DNA from: Amphiscolops sp. MND2022
Taxonomy: Eukaryota
Reading direction: 5' to 3'
NCBI GenBank assembly: GCA_964187785.1
Contig: OZ076416.1
Location: 32,922,001 to 32,986,000 of the forward strand
Length of the DNA stretch: 64,000 bases
This document shows positions 1 through 11,886 of this stretch, piece by piece (within the stretch, counting starts at the first letter, position 1; the number at the start of each line of letters is the position of its first letter). Under the pieces are notes generated by a model. That model saw only the letters and a program-made list of their open reading frames with translations, did not search any database and was not told the DNA's origin. Made by a program: the position numbers and the translations under genes.

Positions 1-512
1 AGCAACAATGTCAATAGCAGAATTAAATGCAAAAATGATCAATTACTCATCAGTTCAAATCATAAATAAATGTCAGTAGAAACATCCTGCAATGAAAACA
101 CTAAGCAACTCAGTGACACCAAAATTGATTCCAATATTTTTTTTACCAATGAAACCGTAATTCAGGGTTAAAATTTCAGACTTTAAAAGATTCTAAGTTT
201 CGTGTCTGAGTCACCGATAATCGTGTGAAAACAGCCGTACAAAACTTATAAAAACATGGTTCAGAAACACTAATGTTGGATGGGACTTAAGAAACGCAAC
301 ATTTGACTCATATCAAGATGGGCGATACATGATTGAACATTTAATTTTTGAGAACAATTGAAAGACCAAGACTTCAAAGAGTCATGCATTTTCAACAATG
401 AATTGGCGTTTCTTTTACTCCAACAAGAACTAGGTTTATTGCTCACTATCAAAATTGAAGACAATTTCGATTCAAGTAGGCTAGACTGGCAATTTGCAGT
501 TCAAGTGCTTGT

Positions 513-1352
513 TCAATCTTCATCATCCTCGTCCTTCATTCCTTGAGTCGGCTGCGAAGTTGTATCATCATCTTCATCGTCATCAATTTTGGGAGCCAAG
601 TAGAACCGGATGTGCCCGTAATCTCCGATCTTGTATTCGACCACCATTGGGGTCTTAGGGGTCAACATCAAAGTTACGGTATCACTCAAAACCTGGGCTT
701 TGGCGAAGTTGTTCAAATATCGCACAGCAAAAGATAAGGTCAGAGGCTCACCCACGTCGATTTGGACACGCTCATTCTCCTCGTCATCAATGGAGTTGCT
801 TTCTTGCAAGCGGATGTTGGCAGTTCCAAGATCTCCATTCGCAGCAAACTGCACTTGTCCCTTGGTGCATGAGATAGTGACAGTGTCTCCGAAGTTTGCA
901 AGATCGCGACAGATTCGAGAGAACTCAGAAGATGGCATCTTGATGTTGACAAAGTATTCCTGCTCGGGTACTTGCAAATGTTCCTGGTCGATATCAGTCA
1001 AGGAAAAATCAAACTGGGAAACCTTGTCTTTGTTGGGAGATTCGAAAATGAAGGAGCACTTATCGGGTTGATCATCAGCTCGCATCGTCAGTGAATCCTT
1101 GGATCCGGCACATTTCAGGATTTTGAGAAGTCCAGCGACTTTGAAACCCATGTTCATAGCCCGGTCACATCGGTATAACTCAAACCCTTCGGCTCTGAGT
1201 TCCAGAGCAACCAAACTCACGTGAATCGCATCCATAGCCTGCAGGGATAATCCCTCGGAAGTGCAATCGAAGGAAGCATCTTCCAAAAGTTCTTTCGCTG
1301 CTTCGAAGATCTTTCGGAAAACTTGGGCATCGAGCATGTGAGCTTCAAACAT
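513..1352 (-). CDS. PCNA: Proliferating cell nuclear antigen (DNA sliding clamp), intronless, with an extended acidic C-terminal tail
   Basis: 279-aa ORF: MFEA start, LQAMD-IHVSLV, SMPSSEF-like KMPSSEFSRICRDL, ISCTK (K164-equivalent), FAVRYLNNFAKA, YLAPKI. Confidence 0.98.
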   Translation of the reverse strand: MFEAHMLDAQVFRKIFEAAKELLEDASFDCTSEGLSLQAMDAIHVSLVALELRAEGFELYRCDRAMNMGFKVAGLLKILKCAGSKDSLTMRADDQPDKCSFIFESPNKDKVSQFDFSLTDIDQEHLQVPEQEYFVNIKMPSSEFSRICRDLANFGDTVTISCTKGQVQFAANGDLGTANIRLQESNSIDDEENERVQIDVGEPLTLSFAVRYLNNFAKAQVLSDTVTLMLTPKTPMVVEYKIGDYGHIRFYLAPKIDDDEDDDTTSQPTQGMKDEDDED

Positions 1353-1479
1353 TTTGCTGCTTTGTCTTCTTCACGAATTTAATGAAAGAATCAGTTGAAG
1401 TTGCGAATTGTTTGGTTGGTTGAACGTAGCCACAAAAGTTGTGAAATGAACTCCGGTGTTTGGTATTGTTGACAAACAA

Positions 1480-1518
1480 TGACGTAATCGATCAATATTA
1501 CGTAAGCGTGTGACGTAA
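1480..1518. promoter_or_regulatory. Cluster of three ACGT-core (CRE/ATF-like) sites upstream of PCNA
   Basis: TGACGTAA at 1480-1487 and 1511-1518 and the palindrome TTACGTAA at 1498-1505, 130-165 bp upstream of the PCNA ATG. Function is inferred. Confidence 0.4.
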
Positions 1519-2550
1519 AAACGTTGTTTGTTTGATCAAAACCACCAGAACTTCTGAAAAGTATCAAAATTATGAGAATTCGGAAATTGATTGAGTTGTG
1601 AGAGCAAAATTAAGTACAAAATTTTTCAGCACCAAATTGCCACTGATAAGTTTTAGAAATGGGCTTGAAATGATTTAAACCAAAATTGTGTTATATTATC
1701 AAGAGCCTAGCTCAGATTTTGCTCGAAACAAAAGAGCTATTGCTGCTTTAATACCCAAACAAAAGGCTCTACTAAAAGAGGCAATAACAACAAATAAAGG
1801 AATGATTTCAATGATTCATACAAGAACATATATTACGCTGCTGTAATTAACAAAATATGTAGCATGCAACTGAGCAATTAAAAAGTTGTTCAGCAGTTTG
1901 AACTTTATTTTAAACCTCAGTGCAGCCAAATGAGAAATTGGAACGCTTTTCCGTTATCAGATCCCAAACAAAGGATACTGATTTGAAACCACTGCATAAC
2001 TCGTGAGGACAATGAGCATAATCACATGTGTATAATTTTCAAGCAAGTAAATAAGATACGACAGCGCGGTTCAGTTTTGGGTTATAGAAGAAAACGCCAA
2101 GAAAACCCATGCGGTAGAAAATTTCCCTTCTAGGTTTCCCTTCTCAAGCCTTCATTTAGTGACAGTATCTCGACCAAAAGCTTTCGACAAGCCATTTTCA
2201 CAGAAAGAAACATGAATGTCAAAATGCATTCCAACATCTTGTAGAATTATTGTCTTAGAATTGTTTTATTCTGCGTGTTCCAGTGAAAACTTTACTAATC
2301 CAACGCATCATGAAAGTCCGCTGAGTAAGAAGCAAATGACTAAATGCAATGGGGTTTTATTCATATCCTTGAGGTATGGTTGCAAATTGAATTGCCGTCC
2401 GTCTATTCGTTCGAAGTCATTATATGACGTTTAAAAGACGAAGTACTGCTGCTGAAGACGCCGACTAAAAACTCGCAAGATCAAAATGTCAACACTGCCA
2501 TTTCAGGAAAATGTTACTCACTTGCGACAATTTGGAATCTTTTCCGAGAT

Positions 2551-3051
2551 AAAAACAAGACGGGAACGGCTCAAGTCGGCGCCCCACTTAAGGCTCAAAA
2601 AGCGCACTTTATCAAATATACTCAGGACATTTTTATATGAAAAACTCACATAAAAGTATCGAAACCCGACGGTTTAGTGTTGGGAGGAATGGGTTCGCTC
2701 GTTTTCAAACCTTCGCCTCGTTTTTTCCGCTTTAGTAAAACGCAATATAGTTCGGATATAACGCAAAAATTCGCATCGTGTTGAAAAAATTATTGGTCAT
2801 ATATTGAAAAATCTTTATTTCAGACGAAAAATGAGAATTTTGAAACTGTCGCATAGTGTCGAAAATGTAAAAGCGGGGACCCTTTGGGCTTTTATCACAT
2901 CCAACTTGTAGCAAAATATCAAACAAATTGAAGGGAGAGCTTTTGCAATAACTTAGATGTTTCCCAGGCATTCATTTAGTTGAACAAACTAAAAAAAACG
3001 AGTGACTGTAATAGTCGGGCTCTTTCATTTTATAAAGGCCCCGACTAAAAA
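2551..3051 (+). mobile_element. Non-autonomous interspersed repeat, family A copy 1 (Helentron/DINE-like architecture)
   Basis: Starts AAACAAGACGGG, has 5' subterminal AGTCGGC(GC) at 2574-2582, a 3' hairpin GACTgtaatAGTC and ends CCGACTAAAA. The same ends recur at 8938, 10142 and 11887-12239. Confidence 0.6.
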
Positions 3052-3566
3052 CAGTATCTGTAGATTCACGAGGACGATTATGAAACCTTCAAGAGCTTTG
3101 ACACGAAACAATGATCAGAAGCTGGAAAAATTCCAATAAAAAACTTTTATTGGAACCTAACACGTTGAAATTTGACTAACGTTTCAGAGACTTGGATTTA
3201 CTAAAGGCACGCTTTTTTCTTTAGAACTGAGATTCATTAAACGCGGTAGTATCACCCTGATGCAACTAAAAACAGGCACACCTATGAGGCACACCTTTCT
3301 CAAATGAGGCACACCTAACCAATGTTTTGACGAGAAGCTTCAATGTCACAAGATTTGAAGGTTGTTCAAATCTAGGACAGATTGAGCTAATTATTGGTAA
3401 CCCTTGGACTACCTCTGATCGCAGCTTCAGTTCCAAACGGAAATTGAACTCGATGTGCCAGTTAGCTTGTTAGCAAGAAACCTATCATGGCATTCTAAAG
3501 CAAGCTAAGCCAAAAAAGAGTTCAGGCAAATTTTTCATTTCCAACTATCCATTGAGCGCTTTATTT

Positions 3567-6125
3567 CTATCTGTTACATGAGGCTATCAAGGTTTTCAGG
3601 TCAACCTTCTGTTCCTTTGGATTCATTAGCTTCACAGCAATTTTCTGTCTGTCTTTAATTGTGTGCGTTGCCATCGAGGGCTCAAACTTTGACAACACTT
3701 TTGCCAGTTGCATGGAAGATAAAGTATTTTCTCTGAAATTGAAGGAAGAATTTCCCATTAAAGCTTCGTTGAAAATTTTAGCAATTTCTTCCTGATTTTC
3801 TCTGCTACTTTTGACTTTTGCTTTGATTTTTCCGACAAAATCGTTCAATTCGGTATCACTCATAGTGACAGGGCCAGTGGTGGGCTTCGAAGCAGAACCA
3901 TACGCAGGTTTGACAGTAGAGCACAATGAAGGTTTTCCTGTTAAACCTCCCAATTGCCTGGTAGCAGGACCCACTGTGTGCTTCATGGGAGACTCCACTG
4001 TAGGCTTGATAGCAGGGCCCATTGTTTGTTTTCCGGAAGAAGCCATTGTGGGTTTTCTAACAAGTTCCATCGAAGATTTTCCAAAAAGTGCCGATGTAGG
4101 TTTTGCAACATGGCCTACTGAAGACCTCAGGTCTTTTGTACTGTTAACACTTCCTCCACTGCTTATGGTGGGTTTAGAAGGAATACGGCTAGTTGGAGTG
4201 TTTCTGGAACCTGGCTTAGATGCGATGCTTGAAACGACAGAAGATTTGGGCGAGGACAGACTGGGGTTCGAACTCTTTGCTTTAAGAGTGCTACTAGCAG
4301 CAGGTACGTGAGACAACGAAGAAGAGGATTGTTCACTCATACGGCTTGTGACACGGCTACTGGGAATGACAACTGCGGATCTGCTGCTATCGTCTCCGTT
4401 ACTAGGGATAGAAGGTCTTGGAATTTTAGAATCACGGTTAGCCATATTTAATTTGACCGACGTTTTAGCTCCGTTTGAGTTTTTCTGATCACATTTTACA
4501 TCCTTGTCTGAAGGTGATCTCGGAGTAGCTACAGGAGTTCTCTGGGAAGTTTGTCTTGGCAAAGGGTATCCCATTCCTGGTGTTTTTACAACTCCTTTAG
4601 TAAACCCAGCTTCCTTTATCTGAGGGATTCTAGAACTTTTTGAAGACATGGTCGATCTAGCAGAAGTACTTGAGGTGGAAAGAGAAGCGTTCGAGCTTTG
4701 GGCGGGAGTTGAAGTAAAGCAGAAGCTTCGGTTGGGCGAGTCCAGAGAAGGCGCGTTCTCGGTGGTACTTGGAACTTCACTCTGTGTGGGCAAAAGGTCA
4801 GTGGTAACACTACTGGCACATTCAGGCTCTAACTCTTTATTTCTGTTGGTTTCCTCTATCAAATCCAAATTCTCAGAATCTCCTACAGGTTGGTGCAAGT
4901 TGACATCCACCTTCAGAACGGTGACCTTCTCTTCTGCCTTTTTGTCTTGATTCAGATGCACAACATCAGCGTGATCTCCTCCTTGGTCGCAGATACCAGG
5001 AACCTCCTTAACTTCGTGTTCCAGGTGCGATCGATCTTCGGCTTGAGTAGTCTGGTAGCATCTGTTTGTATACATAATTGAAAATGACGAATTGTCACCG
5101 AGACATACTCTTCCGTCGTCAGTGTACAACAGAGAATCCTCGCCCCTTTGCGGTAGCAGACTATCAAACTCGGACAAACTGCTTTCGACTTCTGACAGTA
5201 CAACCGGAGATTTGTAATTCGCGTCAGGGACGTTCAAACTATCCTCATTGTCTAAAAGCTCCAGACAAACGGATTGCGTGCTGTACATAACTGATGAGTG
5301 TTGGAACTGGTGTGCCACGTTCAATCTTTTGGCTATGTCCAATGATATTTCTTTTTCTGACTCAAAAATTCTGTTCGCAATACTTTCATTACGTTGCAAC
5401 AATGGTTGCTGTACATCCATTATTGTTGCCGCAACCTGCAAAAAATTATCCAGCAGCTGTCCGTCGAAACTTTCTTTGAAGCTGACCTCAAACAGAGATG
5501 ACATGGCTTTGTTTTGAGGGAACTCCAAAACGCTTTTACACTTCTCCAACATTTCGTTCTCGAGCACGTAGTTTTTGCAACTTAGAAGGCAATCCTGTAA
5601 ATTCGAAGTCTGCAAAATTTCATTCGACTCGTTGTACAATGTTAGCTCGGCATCATCCGCATATTGGATTTCATCTTTCTCACTTTCTACGGACAAAATT
5701 TCTGGCAGTTCTTCTATCAATGCAGATTCCATGTTCTCGCTTCGTTTAACAACCGACATCGTTGGTTCACTTTTGTCTTTTTCATCGGGCATTTCGTTCC
5801 AGTATTCGCTGAAAAAACACATGGACAGAATTCTTGAGAAGCTCATCACAAATTTTACATCTACATGCTTGGGGAACCCAGTCGATAGCCGGGTATGCAA
5901 GACATCTGTCAGAGCTATAGTAGCCTCGCTGAGGAAATCCACTTCTGTCATTTGCCATCGGAGCACACAAATATCAGAAATGCAGACAATGATTCTCATA
6001 AACATGTCATCGTGTTCCCAAATACGGTCCACTTTCGACTCGCTCGCCCATTCGATTCTGAGGGGAGGGATTTTCTGGAAGACTTCCCTGCTCGAATACA
6101 TGTTGCGTCTGAGTTCTCGACACAT
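3567..6125 (-). CDS. Uncharacterised ~850-aa protein: acidic N-half, basic Ser/Pro/Thr/Lys-rich C-half with three SxIP motifs, helical C-terminal domain
   Basis: One 864-codon stop-free frame (3567-6161) with first ATG at 6125. SRIP, SKIP and SRIP occur at about 4623-4634, 4419-4431 and 4179-4190. An upstream exon is possible. Confidence 0.8.
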   Translation of the reverse strand: MCRELRRNMYSSREVFQKIPPLRIEWASESKVDRIWEHDDMFMRIIVCISDICVLRWQMTEVDFLSEATIALTDVLHTRLSTGFPKHVDVKFVMSFSRILSMCFFSEYWNEMPDEKDKSEPTMSVVKRSENMESALIEELPEILSVESEKDEIQYADDAELTLYNESNEILQTSNLQDCLLSCKNYVLENEMLEKCKSVLEFPQNKAMSSLFEVSFKESFDGQLLDNFLQVAATIMDVQQPLLQRNESIANRIFESEKEISLDIAKRLNVAHQFQHSSVMYSTQSVCLELLDNEDSLNVPDANYKSPVVLSEVESSLSEFDSLLPQRGEDSLLYTDDGRVCLGDNSSFSIMYTNRCYQTTQAEDRSHLEHEVKEVPGICDQGGDHADVVHLNQDKKAEEKVTVLKVDVNLHQPVGDSENLDLIEETNRNKELEPECASSVTTDLLPTQSEVPSTTENAPSLDSPNRSFCFTSTPAQSSNASLSTSSTSARSTMSSKSSRIPQIKEAGFTKGVVKTPGMGYPLPRQTSQRTPVATPRSPSDKDVKCDQKNSNGAKTSVKLNMANRDSKIPRPSIPSNGDDSSRSAVVIPSSRVTSRMSEQSSSSLSHVPAASSTLKAKSSNPSLSSPKSSVVSSIASKPGSRNTPTSRIPSKPTISSGGSVNSTKDLRSSVGHVAKPTSALFGKSSMELVRKPTMASSGKQTMGPAIKPTVESPMKHTVGPATRQLGGLTGKPSLCSTVKPAYGSASKPTTGPVTMSDTELNDFVGKIKAKVKSSRENQEEIAKIFNEALMGNSSFNFRENTLSSMQLAKVLSKFEPSMATHTIKDRQKIAVKLMNPKEQKVDLKTLIASCNR

Positions 6126-6745
6126 GACTGTTGTGGCACTATCAAAAACCAAGGACGTCAAAAATTGACCATATCATCCCAAAAAATTAAGGACTGCAGT
6201 TTGCGCCAAGGGTAAGACTACAAAAACGCTACTTTCTTTTTGAATGGCCCCAATTTATTGATGAGTCAAGTTTTCGCAAATTTTTGGTAAGTTTCACTTT
6301 TTTGTCTTCTAGTTTTGTGTTCATTATAAAACATTAGGGTAACGAAATGGGCACTTTTTGTATGTATTGCAAAATTCTTTCAATGGCATTAGCAAAAAGT
6401 GATGAGTAAAAAAGTAGAATATCAAGCGCAAGATCTGGAGAAGCAGGAAGGGAAAAACTGAAAGCTGAGCCTTTTCTTCCTCGAAAAGAGCCGAGTATAA
6501 ACACGTGACAGAATTTACGTGTTTATACTTTTCGAATGAAGATCAAAATTAACGAAAAACAACGTAATTTTTGGATTGGAGATATTCAGAAACTTATTCA
6601 TTTGAAATGATCGACACTTCGGCTTCCAATTTTGTTAGTTTTACGAATAAAGCCAAATACCGTTTAGCCACAATTTTGGGTATTTTTCGGGTACTTTTAT
6701 CGACAAATCATTCTCAACTTATTAGAAGGGAGGACTGGATTTTGA

Positions 6746-8640
6746 TTACGAGGGTTCACCATATTGATAGTTTGAGTTTGAGATTGCGACATTTTTGACA
6801 TCCCTGTGAATGGTGCTGGAAGAATGCGAGTTCTCACGTTCTTCAATGCCGAACAAGAACGTCTTGGAACTCTCGTCCGTTCGTGCCACTGAGGACCTCG
6901 TGACTTCAACGTCGCGCATTTCACTGTGAATAAAACTTGCCGCGTTATCTTCATCTGTGCTGTGCTGTAACAGAAACGAAGGATTTGCATGCGAAAACGA
7001 TTCATTTTGAATTCTCAGTAAGATAAGTGAAAAAATAGCATTTTCTGGTTAACATTGTTATATCGCCAAAAAGGTCTCTGCACGCATCCGAGTGTAAAAC
7101 CGCATTTAATCCAATCTAGAAAGCTAGAATAAGAACATGAAGATTTACTGTAAACTCCTATCTGCATCTTAAGAGTATACTAAAGATAATGATGAGTCTT
7201 GTTATTCTAATATAGTTGGTAAATAGTAAACAGTGTCTAAATTGAAATAGTTTTTTTTAGTTTCGATGATCTTCCACCGTATGACATGGGAACTGAAAGA
7301 TTCCCTCAATTAACAGGAGAACTGAAAGATTCTCTCAATGAGCACGCGAGCAAACGTGATTCTGCTCTAAGATTGGGCGGAATAATTGGTGTTAACGTTT
7401 TTGTAATGATAACTTCCACGGAATTGCTTTGCTGAGTCGAATTATGTAGAATCGAAAAGTTTGCAAAATTATCTCGGGTCGAATTGCAACTCAAAAGGCC
7501 GAGTCATACAGCCAGTTTCGGTTTCAAAATTTATTTTTCGTTCATCATCATTTTCGATCCTGTATAATTCGACTCTGGATATGCAAATCGACTTACACAT
7601 TCGGACATGAGTTCATCCATGTGTGAATACTTCTGACTAAGACTGGTGGTCTTGACAATAGGGCTGTCAGTGGAATCCGAGAAACACTGGTCATTTTCTT
7701 CTGGACTGGTAGCGCTGGAAGAGCTGGACTCGTCTCTAGAACTGCTGCTGGAGTTGGTAGACACTGAGCTCAAAGGGGTCTGTAATTCCAGAGATTCAGG
7801 ACTCAGCTGGCATTGCGAATTTTCCTCTGAAGCTACGATCTCCCCAATTGAAATGTTTTCGAAACTTTGCGAGGAGCAGCTACCACACCTGTTGTCTCTG
7901 GAAGAACTGGCTCCCGCTTCTTGTCTCATTTCCAGCAATTCTCGCCATCTAGGTGTCAATTTCGTACTTTCCCCACACGTTACAGATTGATATTGCTATT
8001 TTTCATATGTTTAAAAACCCTAAGTAGTGAGCTATCTACACTGTAATAGGGATAATGACTTTGCTATAATATCGCCTGGACTCTTTTTCCTTAGTTTAGG
8101 TCTTTTTCCTTAGTTTAGGAACTTCTCAATACAAGCGGAACAACATTTCGGCATTTTCCTTTTCCCCCACACATGTTGAAAAAACTAACTTTTTGCCATT
8201 GAATTCTACTGAAAAAACTTTTCATTATCTAAAAGATTCTATTTCGATGGCTACACACACTTGCACATAATCAACTCTTAATTGTTAACTTTGCAATTTT
8301 TCCACATAATTCATTGCGTGCTGGGAGAAAAGCTTCCAACATTCCAAAAAACTACATTTGATTTTTGAGTTGGTTGAATAAGTTGAAATATGAAATGGGA
8401 AAAGATGCCTGTTCAAGTAATCTCTGGCTTTTCCGGCAATGGAGAAATCATCCTCGAGGAAAACAAACTTTGTTTCAGTGTCTCCGTGCTGTGACATAGG
8501 TGTTCCTGGGAGCAAGGGTAGTAACCAATTAACTTTTCTTCCGATGACTTACTGTTAACATAGATGCCGGCAAACTGGTTTTTCAAGTATAATCCAAATG
8601 ACACTTCACTGAATTCTGGCTGAAAAACATGCCATTGCAC
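6746..8640 (-). CDS. Probable multi-exon gene of unknown product with a Ser-rich acidic region
   Basis: A 47-nt GTAAGT..CCCAG intron (8506-8552) joins ORFs 8413-8640 and 8285-8515 in frame (..FAGIYVN-R-TPMSQHGDTETKFVFLEDDF). There is also the Ser-rich ORF 7531-7959 and a further ~100-codon open frame ending at the stop at 6746-6748. The full exon chain is not resolved. Confidence 0.4.
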
Positions 8641-8937
8641 TCAAATGCTCAATTCCTGGACTGTTTTCTGCCGTCCCCCTTCATTTTTTTTTTCAAAAAA
8701 TTTAGATTTAAAGAAAATTAGAAGCTTTTCGTTAGAACAAAACATTTTTCACACGTTTGGCCTTTCATTTTGTTCGAATTATTTTTTGTGATTCAAATCG
8801 AGAATGAGTAACTTCATAAGGAAAAACAGTATGAACAAAGTTTGTATCTGGGTCCTAAACGTCATACAGGAATAAATTTGAAATTGGAAATTTTCGGTCT
8901 GTTTTGTCTTTTTCTTCTAATTTTTTCAATTAATTGT

Positions 8938-9393
8938 TCAAACAAGCCGGGACCGGCCCAAGTCGGCGCCATATCTAAGGCTCAAAAATAGCAAAAGGAT
9001 TTCAAGATGTCAAAGTATTGGTGAATCGGGAACCCTTTTATGAAAAAAATTGAAGTCTCACAATCCCGAAAAAAACTGAAAGGGTTTTTCAACATCCATT
9101 CTGTCGCAAAACTCAAAAAAAATGAAGGGGGACCCTTTGAGGAAAAAAAATCCCGAAAAAAAGTCTCGCAGTGCCGAAAAAACTTAATTGGGGACCCATT
9201 GGCCTCGTCCGGTATTGTATGTTACGCGGGAAACCTTTGTTTACGGTTCAGTTCCTTGGGCCAACGGGTACAATTTGGCGTCTTCTTAAAATTTTGTAGA
9301 ACTATTTTGGTCACTTCAGGTGATCTTCAAAAAAAACACTGACGAAAAGCCATGACTATGGTCGACTCTTTTCTTACTTGTCCCGACTAAAAA
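8938..9393 (+). mobile_element. Family A repeat, copy 2
   Basis: AAACAAGCCGGGACCGGCCCAAGTCGGCGCCATATCTAAGGCTCAAAAA ... GACTATGGTCGACTC ... CCCGACTAAAAA. Confidence 0.6.
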
Positions 9394-9509
9394 CACAAAG
9401 TCCAATATTTCAGACTATTGAATATCTAAATCTTATGTAGAAGTTAACTGCGGTTAATCGAGGATAATTATTGCCGGTTATTTCGGAATATATGAGGTGG
9501 ATACAATCG

Positions 9510-10142
9510 AGAAAGGTAGTCTCGCCCGGTATTGTATGTTACGCCGGAAAAAAGGAAAAACCTTTTCGGTTCAGGGAACTTTTTCCTTTTACCCCCCACA
9601 CTTTTCAAAATAATGTTTTTGCAATTAATTATATCTCAATTGAGTTTCCAATGAAACAGTTGTTTTAAATTTATTCTCAGGGTGATAGTTTAGGATTCAG
9701 ATACAATTTTTGTTCACACTTTTTCCCTATGTAGTTACGCATTTTTGATGTAGAAATCAGCAGCTTCCTGTTTTGAGTCATCAATAAACACTTAATACGA
9801 ACATAATCATTGTCAAAATGTGTGAACAATGTTTTGTTCAAGCGGAAAACTACTCTAATAGTGTGGAGACAACAAAACAAAGGAAAAGACTTATTTGAAG
9901 AAATATTGAATGATAAAGTCAAATATAATCCTTTTTGTTGAGTTTGTTTTCTTTCAAAAGTGTGGGGGGGGAAAAGGAAAAAGAGCCCGGTTCAGTTCCC
10001 TTGGTCAACAGGTACAATTTAAAATTTTATATAACTTTTGGTAGAACTATGTTGGTCACTTCAGGTGTATCGGAAAAAAAAGCACTGACGAAAAGCCACG
10101 ACTATAGTCGACTCTTTTCTCTAGAAAAGCGCCGACTAAAAA
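9510..10142 (+). mobile_element. Family A repeat, copy 3 (3' part), interrupted by a MITE
   Basis: Matches copy 2 (CCGGTATTGTATGTTACGC..CGGTTCAGTTCC..GACTATAGTCGACTC..GCGCCGACTAAAA) on both sides of the 9575-9987 insertion. Confidence 0.6.
9575..9987. mobile_element. 413-bp MITE with ~35-bp TIRs and an 8-bp TSD (Merlin-like ends)
   Basis: TSD CGGTTCAG at 9567-9574 and 9988-9995. The left end GGAACTTTTTCCTTTTACCCCCCACACTTTTCAAAA is near reverse-complementary to the right end TTTCAAAAGTGTGGGGGGGGAAAAGGAAAAAGAGCC. Confidence 0.8.
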
Positions 10143-11886
10143 TGATGGTGCGGGCGGAGGTGTTACAGAAAAGATCCAAATCCTGACTCAGAACTTACTC
10201 TGTCTTAGTTTGAGTTTCTGTCTGACTCAGTTAAGTTTGAGTTAAGTTTGATCGGTTGAGAAACGCAACTTAGGATCAAATCAAACCAAATGGTCCTCTA
10301 GATGAAAAATGCAGATGATTTACACAGAAAATTACCCAAAAAAGTTTAATTAATGAAAAACCAAGTGCACTTTTACACGCACCGTTCGTTTTGTGGAATA
10401 ATTACCAGCTTGGGACACGGTAAAACGTAATATTTATAAGTAGACGGAGATGTGTAATAATAGGATTGGTTATTCAAGTTGTAATATTTCTCTTCGTTAC
10501 TCGAGGATACTTCACATAACTAAACTGAGAGGCAAAATAACAAAACATTTCAACGCCCGTACTGATTTATTCTCAAATCGTAGATGTTAATCTGAAAATT
10601 ACTGAAAAGTTTCGACTCACAGATAAAGAGATGTCAAATCGGAAATTAGAACTGTTTCCCGGAGACTCCGTTGCATTAAACACAAAGCTCAACTAATTAA
10701 AAATTTAAATATAACTCCTTTTCACATTATAATTTCTTGATTTTTATATTAACCTTTCACGAGAAGTATTTATTTTTTAAAGTAGACTTTCTTTTGCCTC
10801 TCAGTATACTTTACCACTGCAGTAGTCGATCCGATGAATCATTGCTTGACCGATCTTTCATTCAATATTTGTTACATCATTAGTAGCAACATTGAGAACA
10901 GCTTTTTTCTATGAATGAGCAAGTCAGTTTGATATCCATACATAATAACAGAGGCGGCAAAAGATACAGGATGATTTGATGGCAGAATTCAATCCATGTA
11001 CCACATTCATAAACAACAAGCTGTATTTCAATCACCGATAACACACATCCAAATATGTTGAACTGCTTGATAAAAGGGCCTTTTCTCAAGAATACTCCAC
11101 AACTGAGAATTAAAGAACCCGAAAAGATTACGTTCTTTTCAGAAAATCGAATAAAAACTGGTATACAATTACATTAGTTGTGAGTTCTCACAAGAGTGAG
11201 AAAAGACCCAAATCTTCCAAAATTTGATGAAATCGGACTTGATATGAATTTGTTGTAATGTTCTTCAACACAGCTATTTATTCGACACGATTAATTAACC
11301 ATGGCATTTTTCAGCCGATCAGAATTGGAGTAATAAACAACTCAGAGCAGTGATCGACATGTGAATACTTATTTATATACTACCATTGAAAAAATTCGAA
11401 TAATAATTAATTTCATTAAATAAACATTCATTCGGCTCAAATACAGTTTCCATCGAAAGGACTGTATGTTTGAGAATTTAACAAGAGACAAGACCTTGGC
11501 AAAGCTTGTAAATTTCGAAGACGAGACCAAATGACGTTGACATCCAAAATTCGAAAAACTGGAAGGCACCTGGCATTTAAAGAACGACGTGATTTTTCGA
11601 AAGTTTTTTTTATCGCGGGTATAATCATTTTTCAATTTTCTTGAAATACAAAATGTTAGTTCTAACACGAGAAGGGGGTCTCCATCTCGGTTATTGGACG
11701 TTTTGATTCATGCGTTTTTTGAGCATATAGGGTTCACCATTTCAATTTTTTCAACACTGTATAACTGTATTTTTTGAAAAAACTTCTACTAGGTCTCTTA
11801 CTTCTTGAACTGATGAGACCAAAGAGAACGCCCCTTATGTTTTTGGCCCAGAGCGATTTCTTCAAAATTCACTACGGAACCTCCTC

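Noticed and set aside
221-358. Plus-strand frame KLIKTWFRNTNVGWDLRNATFDSYQDGRYMIEHLIFENN*, a possible last exon of a gene converging on PCNA
   Set aside because: Only ~45 codons, no recognised motif, and upstream context lies outside the window.
3271-3316. Three copies of AGGCACACCT
   Set aside because: Too short and irregular for a CRISPR-like array; probably part of a decayed repeat.
3811-6215. Plus-strand ORFs of 60-197 aa overlapping the 864-aa ORF
   Set aside because: Antisense shadows of a real coding region. The same applies to most short track ORFs inside PCNA, the LINEs, the Gypsy and the BEL.
6697-7005. 102-aa Arg-rich ORF resembling a mitochondrial presequence protein
   Set aside because: An alternative frame gives a more coding-like product that fits the neighbouring exons; no family was recognised.
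10800-11700. Short hydrophobic ORFs (10880-11089, 11369-11668)
   Set aside because: AT-rich, no motifs and no convincing splice chain.
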